From an uncultured Dehalococcoidia bacterium (GTDB taxonomy: Bacteria; Chloroflexota; Dehalococcoidia; Lucifugimonadales; UBA1123), in NCBI GenBank assembly GCA_964537915.1, contig CAZIDM010000007.1, positions 8,879-72,878 on the forward strand: 64,000 nucleotides of DNA. The letters are read 5' to 3'. Every line of letters starts with the position of its first letter. Position 1 is the stretch's first letter. Shown here piece by piece: positions 34,758-42,739 of the stretch. The position numbers and the translations under genes are program-made. Below the pieces are notes generated by a model, which saw only the letters and a list, made by a program, of their open reading frames with translations, had not been told where the DNA came from and did not search any database.

Positions 34758-36098
34758 ATGACCAGCTCCATTGAGGCCATTACTCAGCTCAAGGAAGAAC
34801 TCGACTGCCTGCGTCCCCTGCCGTCCGAAGTTATCGATCGAGTGGAGCAGAAGCTCAGGCTGGAGGCCAACTACAACTCGAACGCCATAGAGGGAAATAC
34901 GCTTACCTATGGAGAGACTCGCAGCCTCATCCTGCACGGTCTGACGGCTCACGGCAAGCCAATGCGCGACCACCTCGACATCGAGGGTCATGACGACGCT
35001 GTCAAAGCTATTACGGCCGCTGTCGAGAACCATGAGGAACTGACCGAAGCCTTCATTCGCAATCTCCACCTGATTCTTCTGAAAGAACCATACGAAACTG
35101 AGGCGGAGACTCCCGGCGGCGCTCGCATAAGGCGGACCATTTCGGTCGGCGACTACAAGACCGTTTCCAACAATGTGCGGACATCCACTGGCGAGATCTA
35201 CTACTTCACCCCTCCCGAGCAGGTAAAGCCAGCGATGAGCGATCTCATCGACTGGTACAGGGAGATGGAGCGCAAAGGGGAACACCCCATCGTAGTAGCG
35301 GCCACCTTTCACTACCGCTTCGTTCGTATCCACCCATTCGACGACGGCAACGGGCGAATGGCCCGGCTACTAATGAACATGATCCTCATCAGGCACGGCT
35401 ACACTGTCGCCCTGATCCGTCTGGAAAGCCGCGACAACTATCTCGACCATCTCGAAAGGGCTGACAGGTCCGAAGACCTGACAGAGTTCATCAACTTCAT
35501 CGCCAACTCCTGTGAGTATTCACTGAACCTCTATCTGAGAGCAGCTCGTGGCGAGAGCATAGAAGATGTGGATGACATAGATAAGGAGATCGAACTCTTC
35601 AAGCGATCCCTGGCCACTAGCGCCGACCAGATTCCATTCGCCCGACAGTACATCGTGTCCACACTAGCCCCGTTCGCAGAGTACTGCCGGAGCAAGGCCG
35701 AACTGCTTGAAGGGACCTTCGTCAGCGTTGACACGCACAGCACGCTCCACGGGACTACAGCAGACGGGCAAGTGTGTGACCTCACTCACCTCCTAAGTGC
35801 CCAGCCGACTCTTCTTGAGCTGGATTTCTTGCGAGGCGAATTAACTTCGATCTCGTTTCTGCTGAGAAGTCATTTTGATAGCTTCCAAGGTAGCCGGAAT
35901 ATGAACCGTGGTATTACGGTCGAAAACACCACGGAAAAGTCCAGCAGTGCTTGGAGATTTGTCACTAGCCAAAGTCCTGTCCGTCGTTTTTTCCAGCCGG
36001 AACTGGAATATGATGGCCGAGATTTAGATGAACTCAAAGGGACATTCAACACGCTCTTGCGATTGATGATGCATGAGTTACAGGAGCGGTCTACGTAG
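34758..36098 (+). CDS. Fic-family protein (Fic_N + Fic core + ~170-aa uncharacterised C-terminal extension)
   Basis: Fic motif HPFDDGNGRMARLLMN. The N-terminal SNAIEGN element fits (S/T)xxxE(G/N). The 3' third has lower G+C. Confidence 0.85.
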   Translation: MTSSIEAITQLKEELDCLRPLPSEVIDRVEQKLRLEANYNSNAIEGNTLTYGETRSLILHGLTAHGKPMRDHLDIEGHDDAVKAITAAVENHEELTEAFIRNLHLILLKEPYETEAETPGGARIRRTISVGDYKTVSNNVRTSTGEIYYFTPPEQVKPAMSDLIDWYREMERKGEHPIVVAATFHYRFVRIHPFDDGNGRMARLLMNMILIRHGYTVALIRLESRDNYLDHLERADRSEDLTEFINFIANSCEYSLNLYLRAARGESIEDVDDIDKEIELFKRSLATSADQIPFARQYIVSTLAPFAEYCRSKAELLEGTFVSVDTHSTLHGTTADGQVCDLTHLLSAQPTLLELDFLRGELTSISFLLRSHFDSFQGSRNMNRGITVENTTEKSSSAWRFVTSQSPVRRFFQPELEYDGRDLDELKGTFNTLLRLMMHELQERST

Positions 36099-36159
36099 TC
36101 GGCGGATTCGACATCCGGCGGAGCGACACGGCTGAGGCCTTGCTGACGCAGCTAATCGG

Positions 36160-36225
36160 CTAACCTCCTCTCATGAGGCGGAAGAACTTACGGATGTCCT
36201 CGGCGAGAAGCTGGGGCTGTTCACC
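36160..36225 (-). pseudogene. 3'-terminal fragment of an epoxide-hydrolase paralogue
   Basis: The minus strand reads GEQPQLLAEDIRKFFRLMRGG*. The intact gene at 38476 ends LEEPQLLAEDIREFFRPMRGD*. The fragment is cut off by REP units at 36235. Confidence 0.55.
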
Positions 36226-36234
36226 ATTGTCCGG

Positions 36235-36290
36235 AGCGCGGGCGTCTCGCCCGCATTCGTTCGTCCTGAGCTTGTCGAAGGACGGCCAAC
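36235..36290. repeat. REP-like units
   Basis: gcgggcgtctcgcccgc (also at 40217) and gagcttgtcgaaggac. Confidence 0.7.
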
Positions 36291-36448
36291 GATCGAGCTA
36301 CCTACAAAATCGTTAAAGGTTCGCATTTCTTCTGGCTTTGGCGAACTGACCTAGCTCTGGCGTACAATTCAGTTGCGTCTAGGAGGTGTCGCCAAGCGTC
36401 TCCACTCGGGGCTGATGCCCCAACCCTAGTCGCCCTCCAAGGCCTTCC

Positions 36449-36631
36449 ATGCATCTCTGCTACATTGACGAGTCAGGTACGCCCGATGTCCCGGGCAATA
36501 CCTCTCACTACGTCCTGGCAGGCCTCTATGTTGCCGACGAAGACTGGAAGAGCCATCACGTGCAGACAGCATGTGGACTGTACAAATGGGTGACGAGGAG
36601 TGTGCCGCGATATCAGACGCCCCGGTGGTAG
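36449..36631 (+). pseudogene. DUF3800-like N-terminal fragment
   Basis: MHLCYIDESGTPD...SHYVLAGL is the DUF3800 N-terminus. The ORF ends after 60 aa, whereas the family is ~200+ aa as I remember it. Confidence 0.45.
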
Positions 36632-36711
36632 CGTTTCCAGTCCTTCGACCTTACGGCAACTGCCCCTGTATGCCGGATTACTACCTGTAGTAATTCAGAT
36701 GTATATTGAGA

Positions 36712-36742
36712 GCCTTAAGTAACTTAAGGCATAATATGCCTT
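36712..36742. promoter_or_regulatory. nested palindromic operator abutting the higB start
   Basis: GCCTTAAG-TAA-CTTAAGGC (36712-36730) overlaps AAGGCATA-A-TATGCCTT (36726-36742). The higB ATG is at 36743. Confidence 0.55.
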
Positions 36743-37015
36743 ATGGAGTTCAGACATCGGGGGCTGAGGCGACTGGCTGAGCGCGACGATCCGAGTCGGC
36801 TACCTCCGGAGATACTTGGACGTACCAGGCGAATCCTGGCGCAGCTCGCGGCCGCACGCTCCCCTCGAGACATGGACTTGCCCGGTGCGCGTCTACATCC
36901 CTTAACAGGCGATCGTGCCGGTCAGTGGAGTGTTCGTGTAACTGGCAACTGGCGAATAGTCTTCCGATTTGAGGACGGTGTGGCCGTAGATGTGGACCTG
37001 GTTGACTATCACTGA
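36743..37015 (+). CDS. higB: HigB-type toxin (RelE-fold, plasmid maintenance system killer)
   Basis: FRHRGLRRL....D.SRLPPE...R..RIL..L..A.....M..PG.RLH.L.GDRAGQWSVRVTGNWRIVFRFEDG.A.DVDLVDYH. Confidence 0.85.
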   Translation: MEFRHRGLRRLAERDDPSRLPPEILGRTRRILAQLAAARSPRDMDLPGARLHPLTGDRAGQWSVRVTGNWRIVFRFEDGVAVDVDLVDYH

Positions 37016-37027
37016 AGGAGGGCACCC

Positions 37028-37309
37028 ATGATTAACCCGCCGCACCCTGGCGAAAGCGTACGGGAGTGCATTGACGAGGCAGGCATGACGGTGAAGGACT
37101 GCGCCATGCAAATTGGCGTCACTCCAAACAACATGTACAGGCTTGTGAACGGACGAATCGGGATCTCTCCGAAGGTTGCTCTTGGTCTTGAGACTCTCGG
37201 CTGGAGCAACGCGGAGTTCTGGTTGCGGCTGCAGGCGCAGTACGACCTCGCGCAGCTCCGTCTGCACGACTCGCCGCGGGAAGCAGATGTTGCTACGGTT
37301 GAATCATAG
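37028..37309 (+). CDS. higA: HigA-family antitoxin
   Basis: INPPHPGESVRECIDEAGMTVKDCAMQIGVTPNNMYRLVNGRIGISPKVALGL...FWLRLQAQYDL. Confidence 0.85.
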   Translation: MINPPHPGESVRECIDEAGMTVKDCAMQIGVTPNNMYRLVNGRIGISPKVALGLETLGWSNAEFWLRLQAQYDLAQLRLHDSPREADVATVES

Positions 37310-37497
37310 CTAGTGCCGTATCCATATGGTTCTGACATATGTCGACCTGCCGCGAACTCTGGATTCGCCGCGGCGAATGACGATTGAGGCGAATCGGACT
37401 GTCATATTCATCTGGACTTACTACTAGTGACGTCTATCTCTATCAGGAAGAGTTATATTGAGACCCAATGACAACGAGATACGGAGGAGAAGCAACC

Positions 37498-38211
37498 ATG
37501 GCATCTACCACCCTTAGAACGATCGTGGCGGGCGACCCGGCCCCGGACTTTGAGCTGCCGTCTCTGGCTGGCGGCTCGGTGAGGCTCTCGGACTATCGGG
37601 GCAGGAAGGTCGTCCTGTTTATGTGGGCGTCGTGGTGAGGATGCAGGGAGCAGCTGCCAGGCTGGCAGCAGTTCAGCGAGGATAACCAGGGACGTGGTGT
37701 TGAGGTGCTGTCGGTAGCCATCGACGCGCAGTCGTCCGACAAGCCGCGCCACTACGTTGAGAAGGCCGGCGCGACGTTCACGACGGTCGTCGACCAGGAG
37801 AACGTGCTCAGCGACCTCTACGGCTTCAGGGCCATTCCCAACGGGTTCCTGATCGACGAGGACGGCATCGTGCGCTTCAGCGCGCTCGGAGGCTTCGACA
37901 TCCGCCGGAGCGAGACGGCTGAAGTCATCGAACGATGGCTCTCAGGCCAGAGTGAAGCGCCAGGCGGTGAAGAGTCGACGGACGTGGACTCCGGCCACTC
38001 GGAGGCCAACGCGATCTTCCGCGAGGGACTGGAACTCTTCAACTCCGGCAGCGCCGATGAGGCTCTGGCGCGATGGCGACAGGGACTCGAGCTCGACCCG
38101 GACAACTACCTCATCCGCAAGCAGATCTGGGCCGTGGAGAACCCGGATAGGTTCTACGATGGCGATGTCGACTACACCTGGCAGCAGGAGCAGCTCGCGA
38201 GAGGACTATAG
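37498..38211 (+). CDS. TlpA/redoxin-like thioredoxin-fold protein with a C-terminal TPR-like region; in-frame TGA (37636-37638) at the active-site Cys position makes it a candidate selenoprotein
   Basis: ATG 37498 follows a GGAGGAG. Translation: [61 protein letters not shown]... It continues in the same frame into listed ORF 37705..38211 with no other stop. Confidence 0.6.
37649..37673 (+). promoter_or_regulatory. SECIS-like hairpin downstream of the in-frame UGA
   Basis: Stem gctgcc/ggcagc (37653-58 / 37664-69), extended by agc/gtt around an A/A mismatch. The apical loop is AGGCU. The hairpin starts 11 nt after the UGA. Confidence 0.45.
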
Positions 38212-38244
38212 GCTGTGATGCCGATGACGGAGAGTTTTGCACAC

Positions 38245-38428
38245 CTCCGTCATTCCGGCGAAGGCCGGAACCCAGCGAGTGAGGGTGTCCTTCGACAAGC
38301 TCAGAGCCTGCGCCGTACTTGATCCGGCGACGAACGAGTTGTCCCCTGTCAGCCCCCGTATCAAGTACGGGACAGGCTCTGACACGCCCCACCCTTGGAT
38401 TCCCGCTTCCGCGGGAATGACGGTTTGT
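38245..38428. repeat. composite REP array
   Basis: cattccggcgaaggccggaac, ccttcgacaagctcagagcc, gccgtacttgatccggcg, cccccgtatcaagtacggg and ggattcccgcttccgcgggaatgacg. Confidence 0.85.
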
Positions 38429-38475
38429 GGGTTCATACCCTGTAATTGCTGAAGAAGAGGGGGCTCCTGACGCGC

Positions 38476-39633
38476 CTAGTCGCCTCTCATGGGACGGAAG
38501 AACTCGCGGATGTCTTCGGCGAGGAGCTGGGGTTCTTCGAGGGCGGCGAAGTGGCCGCCTCGGGGCATCGGTGTCCAGTGCTGCAGGTTGTATGAGCGCT
38601 CGCCCCACTCCCTCGGGGGACGGCTGAGCTCGAATGGGAACGCGGCCACCCCTGTCAGGGCCTGAATCTTCTCGTCGCGCTCCATCGTCCACGTGTAGCT
38701 CTGGTTCTCCTTGTACATCCTCGTGGACGAGCCGATGGTCGCGGTCGCCCAGTAGATGGTGATGGTCGTCAGCAGCTCGTCCTTGGTGAAGCGACTTTCG
38801 ACGTTGCCATCGCAGTCGCTCCAGGTGCGGTACTTCTCGACGATCCAGGCGGCGAGTCCGACTGGAGAGTCGTTCAGGCCGTAGGAGAGGGTCTGCGGCT
38901 TGGTGCCCTGCATGTGCGCGTACGCGCCCTCATCCTGCTGCCACTGCTCACGCTGTCGCATGTGGGCCTTCTCGGCGTCCGTCAGCGGTGCAGCGTCTTC
39001 GCCCAGATACGGCATCGGCCTGGTGATCGACGTGAGGTGGATGCCGATCATGCTGTCGGCGTGACCGTAGCCCAGGTTGGCGGTCACACCGGCGCCGATG
39101 TCTCCGCCATGCGCGGCGAACCTGGGATAGCCGAGTACCTGAGTCATCAGATCTTCCCACAGTGCGGCTGTCCTGGCGACCTCAACTCCGGGCTCGGTGG
39201 GATGGTCCGAGAAGCCGAAACCGGGCAGCGACGGCGCGACCACGTCGAACGAGTCGCTGGGGTCGCCACCGTGCGATGCGGGATCGGCGAGCAGCGGGAT
39301 GAGCTTGTACATCTCGAAGACAGTCCCGGGCCAGCCGTGGGTGATGACCAGCGGCATCGGATCGGGACCCTGCCCACGCTCGTGAATGAAGTGAATGCCC
39401 AGACCTCCGACGGTCGACCTGTAGTGGCTGAACGAGTTGATCAGCCGCTCCTGCGCCCGCCAGTCGAAGTCGTTGATCCAGTAGTCGACCAGCTCCTTCA
39501 TGTAGTCCAGCCTGGAGCCGTAGTCCCAGCCCACTCCGTCAAGTTCGTCAGGCCAGCGTGTGGCGCTGAGTCGACTGCGCAGGTCTTCGAGCACGTCGCC
39601 GCTGATGTTCACGCTGAATGGCTCAGACTGCAT
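38476..39633 (-). CDS. epoxide hydrolase (EHN N-terminal domain + alpha/beta-hydrolase fold)
   Basis: From the internal Met: MQSEPFSVNISGDVLEDLRSRLSATRWPDE...FIHERG...PLVITHGWPGTVFEM. Confidence 0.85.
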   Translation of the reverse strand: MQSEPFSVNISGDVLEDLRSRLSATRWPDELDGVGWDYGSRLDYMKELVDYWINDFDWRAQERLINSFSHYRSTVGGLGIHFIHERGQGPDPMPLVITHGWPGTVFEMYKLIPLLADPASHGGDPSDSFDVVAPSLPGFGFSDHPTEPGVEVARTAALWEDLMTQVLGYPRFAAHGGDIGAGVTANLGYGHADSMIGIHLTSITRPMPYLGEDAAPLTDAEKAHMRQREQWQQDEGAYAHMQGTKPQTLSYGLNDSPVGLAAWIVEKYRTWSDCDGNVESRFTKDELLTTITIYWATATIGSSTRMYKENQSYTWTMERDEKIQALTGVAAFPFELSRPPREWGERSYNLQHWTPMPRGGHFAALEEPQLLAEDIREFFRPMRGD

Positions 39634-39773
39634 GGTCTCTCCCTCTCTTTCATCCACCAGGAATACCGAATTGAACTTCCATAGACTGCGATCCAACACA
39701 GTTATATCTTTATATATAGATTAGTTCATAATAAAGCAAACTAAATCTCAAGATAACGCCGGAAGGAGGCATC

Positions 39774-40163
39774 ATGACAGCCGCCAATACAACACCAGGC
39801 ATGTGGAAGCCTCTGATACTCGGCGCAGGAGTCGCCCTGGCCTTTGTGGCAGTCTGTGCGATTCTGATGGCTCTCACCTGGACAGCGCTTGTCTCTTCAC
39901 GGGACAACCCTGTTTTCGCAGAGTGGCAGTCCGCAAGTCAACCGGACCCGCTGGCTGCGAGCATAGACGCCGGGGACGTCGAATCCGATCCGTCACGCGC
40001 AGTCCCGGAGACGGTCACGGACCAGAACGGGATCGCCGTCTGGCTCACCAGGATGGCGATGGGGCTGAGCTCCGACTCGGCCGTCTCCTATCTCTCCTAC
40101 GCCTATGGCGTCGCACCTCCGAACCCGATGTCGACCACGCCAACCTGGGCCCTGGCGGAGTGA
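39774..40163 (+). CDS. hypothetical single-pass membrane protein
   Basis: 129 aa with a GGAGG SD and one hydrophobic helix (LILGAGVALAFVAVCAILMALTW). No family recognised. Confidence 0.45.
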   Translation: MTAANTTPGMWKPLILGAGVALAFVAVCAILMALTWTALVSSRDNPVFAEWQSASQPDPLAASIDAGDVESDPSRAVPETVTDQNGIAVWLTRMAMGLSSDSAVSYLSYAYGVAPPNPMSTTPTWALAE

Positions 40164-40216
40164 GTTCCAGGCCTGTGTCTAACTGGTAGGTGCTACTAAG
40201 TCCACCGTCAAATGGA

Positions 40217-40270
40217 GCGCGGGCGTCCCGCCCGCATGTCCCGTAGGGGCGGTTCGCGAACCGCCCCTAC
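40217..40270. repeat. REP-like units
   Basis: gcgggcgtcccgcccgc and gtaggggcggttcgcgaaccgcccctac. Confidence 0.75.
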
Positions 40271-40316
40271 ATCGTTGGCCTGCCAAACTGACACTGGCTC
40301 GTGAGTTCTGCCAGGA

Positions 40317-40345
40317 TTGACACTCACATGACTCACGGTGATAAT
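40317..40345 (+). promoter_or_regulatory. sigma70-like promoter (TTGACA-17-GATAAT)
   Basis: TTGACA at 40317-40322 and GATAAT at 40340-40345, 23 nt before the GTG start of the oxidoreductase. Confidence 0.5.
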
Positions 40346-40368
40346 CCCGGAGACTTCACCTGGGGAGC

Positions 40369-41568
40369 GTGGGATTGTCCAAGAGTGTCGACGTTGTTGT
40401 GATTGGCGCGGGCGTGGTCGGCTGCTCGGTGGCCTACTACCTCGCCCGCGAGGGCGTCGGCGTGACCGTGCTGGAGCGGGAGGCCATCGGCAGCGGTGCT
40501 TCCGCTCACGCCACCGGCTCACTCAGCCTGCTCGGTGCCGAGTTCACGCCCGGGGCGTCCTTCGAGATGGCGCGGGCCTCCTTCTCCGAGTTCGCGCAGA
40601 TCGTCCCGGAGCTCGAGTCCGCCACGGACATGGACCTGCTCTACCAGCGTCGTCCCTCTCTGCGCCTGGCCCTCGACGACGAAGAGGCAGACCTGATCAG
40701 GGGCATGATGAGCTGGCAGCAGCCGCACGTCGGGATGCGCTGGATCGACGCCGGAGAAGTCCACTCGATCGAGCCAAGACTCTCCCCTTCCGTGGTCGGA
40801 GCAGTGTATGAGGACGAGTCCGCGCAGCTGGACAGCTACCGTCTCAACCTGGCCCTTGGACGCGGCGCCGAGCTTATGGGCGCGGAGCTCATCTACCGGG
40901 AAGTGACCGGTCTCGTCACCAGCGGCTCCACGGTCACCGGAGTCAGGACAGCCTCAGAGGACATACCCTGCGGCACAGTGGTCGTCGCAGCCGGCACCTG
41001 GAGTCGGGCGTTCACTCCCTGGCTGGACTTCCCAGTTCCAGTCCGACCTCTGAAGGGAGAGCGCCTGCTGCTCAGCTATCCCGACGATCCGCTTCCGGTG
41101 CTGATCAGCTCGCCCAAACGCGGTCACATGATCAGCCGGATGGACGGCTTCACCAGCGTCGGCAGCACCGGCGGTCGGGACTACGATCAGAGACTTCTCT
41201 TTGCAGGAGAGGAGTTCGACCGTCAGCCCACGGCATCGGCCCGGATGGAGCTCCTCCAGCGCGCCGTCGACGTCCTTCCCGACCTTGAGCGCGCCGAGCT
41301 GGTGCAGCAACTTGCCGGTTCGCGTCCGCTAAGTCCGGACGGCAACCCCATCATCGGCCCGGTCCCCGGCTGGGACGGCGTCCTGCTGGCCACCGGCCAC
41401 ACGACCAAGGGCATCCACCTCGGACCGATAACCGGCCGGATGATCGCCGACTACGTCAGCCGCAACTCAACCGACGCCGTCTCCGACATGACCGAGTTCC
41501 TCCCCGCCCGCTTCACAGACTTCGCCGACACCGACTTCCTCCCAGCCGCCCAGGCAGTGGAGGAGTAG
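40369..41568 (+). CDS. FAD-dependent oxidoreductase (DAO family; sarcosine/D-amino-acid oxidase-like)
   Basis: VDVVVIGAGVVGCSVAYYLAREGVGVTVLE is the dinucleotide-binding motif. The C-terminus contains GHTTKGIHLGP. Confidence 0.85.
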   Translation: MGLSKSVDVVVIGAGVVGCSVAYYLAREGVGVTVLEREAIGSGASAHATGSLSLLGAEFTPGASFEMARASFSEFAQIVPELESATDMDLLYQRRPSLRLALDDEEADLIRGMMSWQQPHVGMRWIDAGEVHSIEPRLSPSVVGAVYEDESAQLDSYRLNLALGRGAELMGAELIYREVTGLVTSGSTVTGVRTASEDIPCGTVVVAAGTWSRAFTPWLDFPVPVRPLKGERLLLSYPDDPLPVLISSPKRGHMISRMDGFTSVGSTGGRDYDQRLLFAGEEFDRQPTASARMELLQRAVDVLPDLERAELVQQLAGSRPLSPDGNPIIGPVPGWDGVLLATGHTTKGIHLGPITGRMIADYVSRNSTDAVSDMTEFLPARFTDFADTDFLPAAQAVEE

Positions 41569-41609
41569 GGTTCGCCTGTCAGCCAGTCGAAAAGATCACT
41601 CTCCAATCC

Positions 41610-42038
41610 TCAGAGAGTGACCAGGGATTCCTCTCCGGCATCCCTGACGACTCCCGCAGGTACACTTCGGTCGAGGGTTACTAAGCGGGCGCTATGAGCG
41701 ACTGCCAGAGCCAACAGGTAAACATCGGTAACCTGTCCCGGACCCAGCAGACTTTGGCTGTCCACCAAGTCGCCATCAAGCAGGCTGATGTCATCGGCAA
41801 TGAACTGGTGATACGGAGTAGACACTGCCGATCTCAGTTTGTCGATAGCTTCCTCGATGCGCAGTGAGTTCGGATATCGTGGCAACGAGAGAATGCGGAC
41901 ACAGCCGTTCTGGGTCAGCGGACAGGAAGCCCATCCATCCTGAATGTGATCTGAGAGCCACTCCGCCACCAATTCGTGACTACCATGGTTCTCGTCAATC
42001 AGAGCTATAAGGACATTGACGTCAAGCAATGCCCTCAT
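41610..42038 (-). CDS. vapC: PIN-domain toxin VapC
   Basis: MRALLDVNVLIALIDENH...VTDVYLLALAVAHSARLVTLDRS. Confidence 0.85.
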   Translation of the reverse strand: MRALLDVNVLIALIDENHGSHELVAEWLSDHIQDGWASCPLTQNGCVRILSLPRYPNSLRIEEAIDKLRSAVSTPYHQFIADDISLLDGDLVDSQSLLGPGQVTDVYLLALAVAHSARLVTLDRSVPAGVVRDAGEESLVTL

Positions 42039-42041
42039 GCA

Positions 42042-42296
42042 TCAGAACCCAAGCTCTTCACGGAGTTCATTAACCAAGTCATTAGTGACGGCGCGCCCTC
42101 CGGCTGGAATGGGCTTGAATCCGTACAGGTCTTTCGTCCCTCTCTGGGGTCTGTCCAGCACTTGGGCCGCATCTTGAGCATCTGCCAAGATGATGTTCCG
42201 CACCGAGACGGGTATCGAGCGTCCTGCAACAGGAGCTAGCCATTCGTTGGAGGCCAGTTCTCTTGCGTCGTTCAGTTTGATAGTTGTGGTTCTCAT
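42042..42296 (-). CDS. vapB: VapB-type antitoxin
   Basis: 84 aa, ending 3 nt before vapC. The MRTTTIKL... start and the C-terminal ...AVTNDLVNELREE tail are typical of VapC partners. Confidence 0.65.
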   Translation of the reverse strand: MRTTTIKLNDARELASNEWLAPVAGRSIPVSVRNIILADAQDAAQVLDRPQRGTKDLYGFKPIPAGGRAVTNDLVNELREELGF

Positions 42297-42580
42297 GGGG
42301 GCATCTGTTCCAGCTCAGCATCTAAGCGGCTCAGATAGATCTCTACAGGCTCCTGATCATCGCTTGGCGCAACCTCGAAAATCAGATGGTGCTCTCTCTT
42401 CGGACAAGACTCACTGGGTTCAGCCCACATCCCGGTCTTTCTGAGAACGTCTTCCACATTTATGTTGACGGGCTCACCGACGCGAAGATAGAACACGACC
42501 GCATCAAAGGTCGCACCGTCCATATGGACTCTCTTGACCTCGTACTCGTGAGACGAGGCATCGTCGGCTGGGTATCTCAT
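42293..42580 (-). CDS. hypothetical 95-aa protein, translationally coupled to vapB
   Basis: Its stop TGA overlaps the vapB ATG (ATGA at 42293-42296). No family recognised. Confidence 0.5.
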   Translation of the reverse strand: MRYPADDASSHEYEVKRVHMDGATFDAVVFYLRVGEPVNINVEDVLRKTGMWAEPSESCPKREHHLIFEVAPSDDQEPVEIYLSRLDAELEQMPP

Positions 42581-42739
42581 GGGTCTTCACCATCGCCCCC
42601 AGTCACAATTTGCCACTGCACAGACGATAGGTCAATCATAGCACGGGCCTGTTGGGATGCTTCACGCTACGGGTCTTCAAACTCACAAAGCTAGAAGATC
42701 CGTCAGAACCAATCACTCAACAAAACTTTGATTCTGTAC

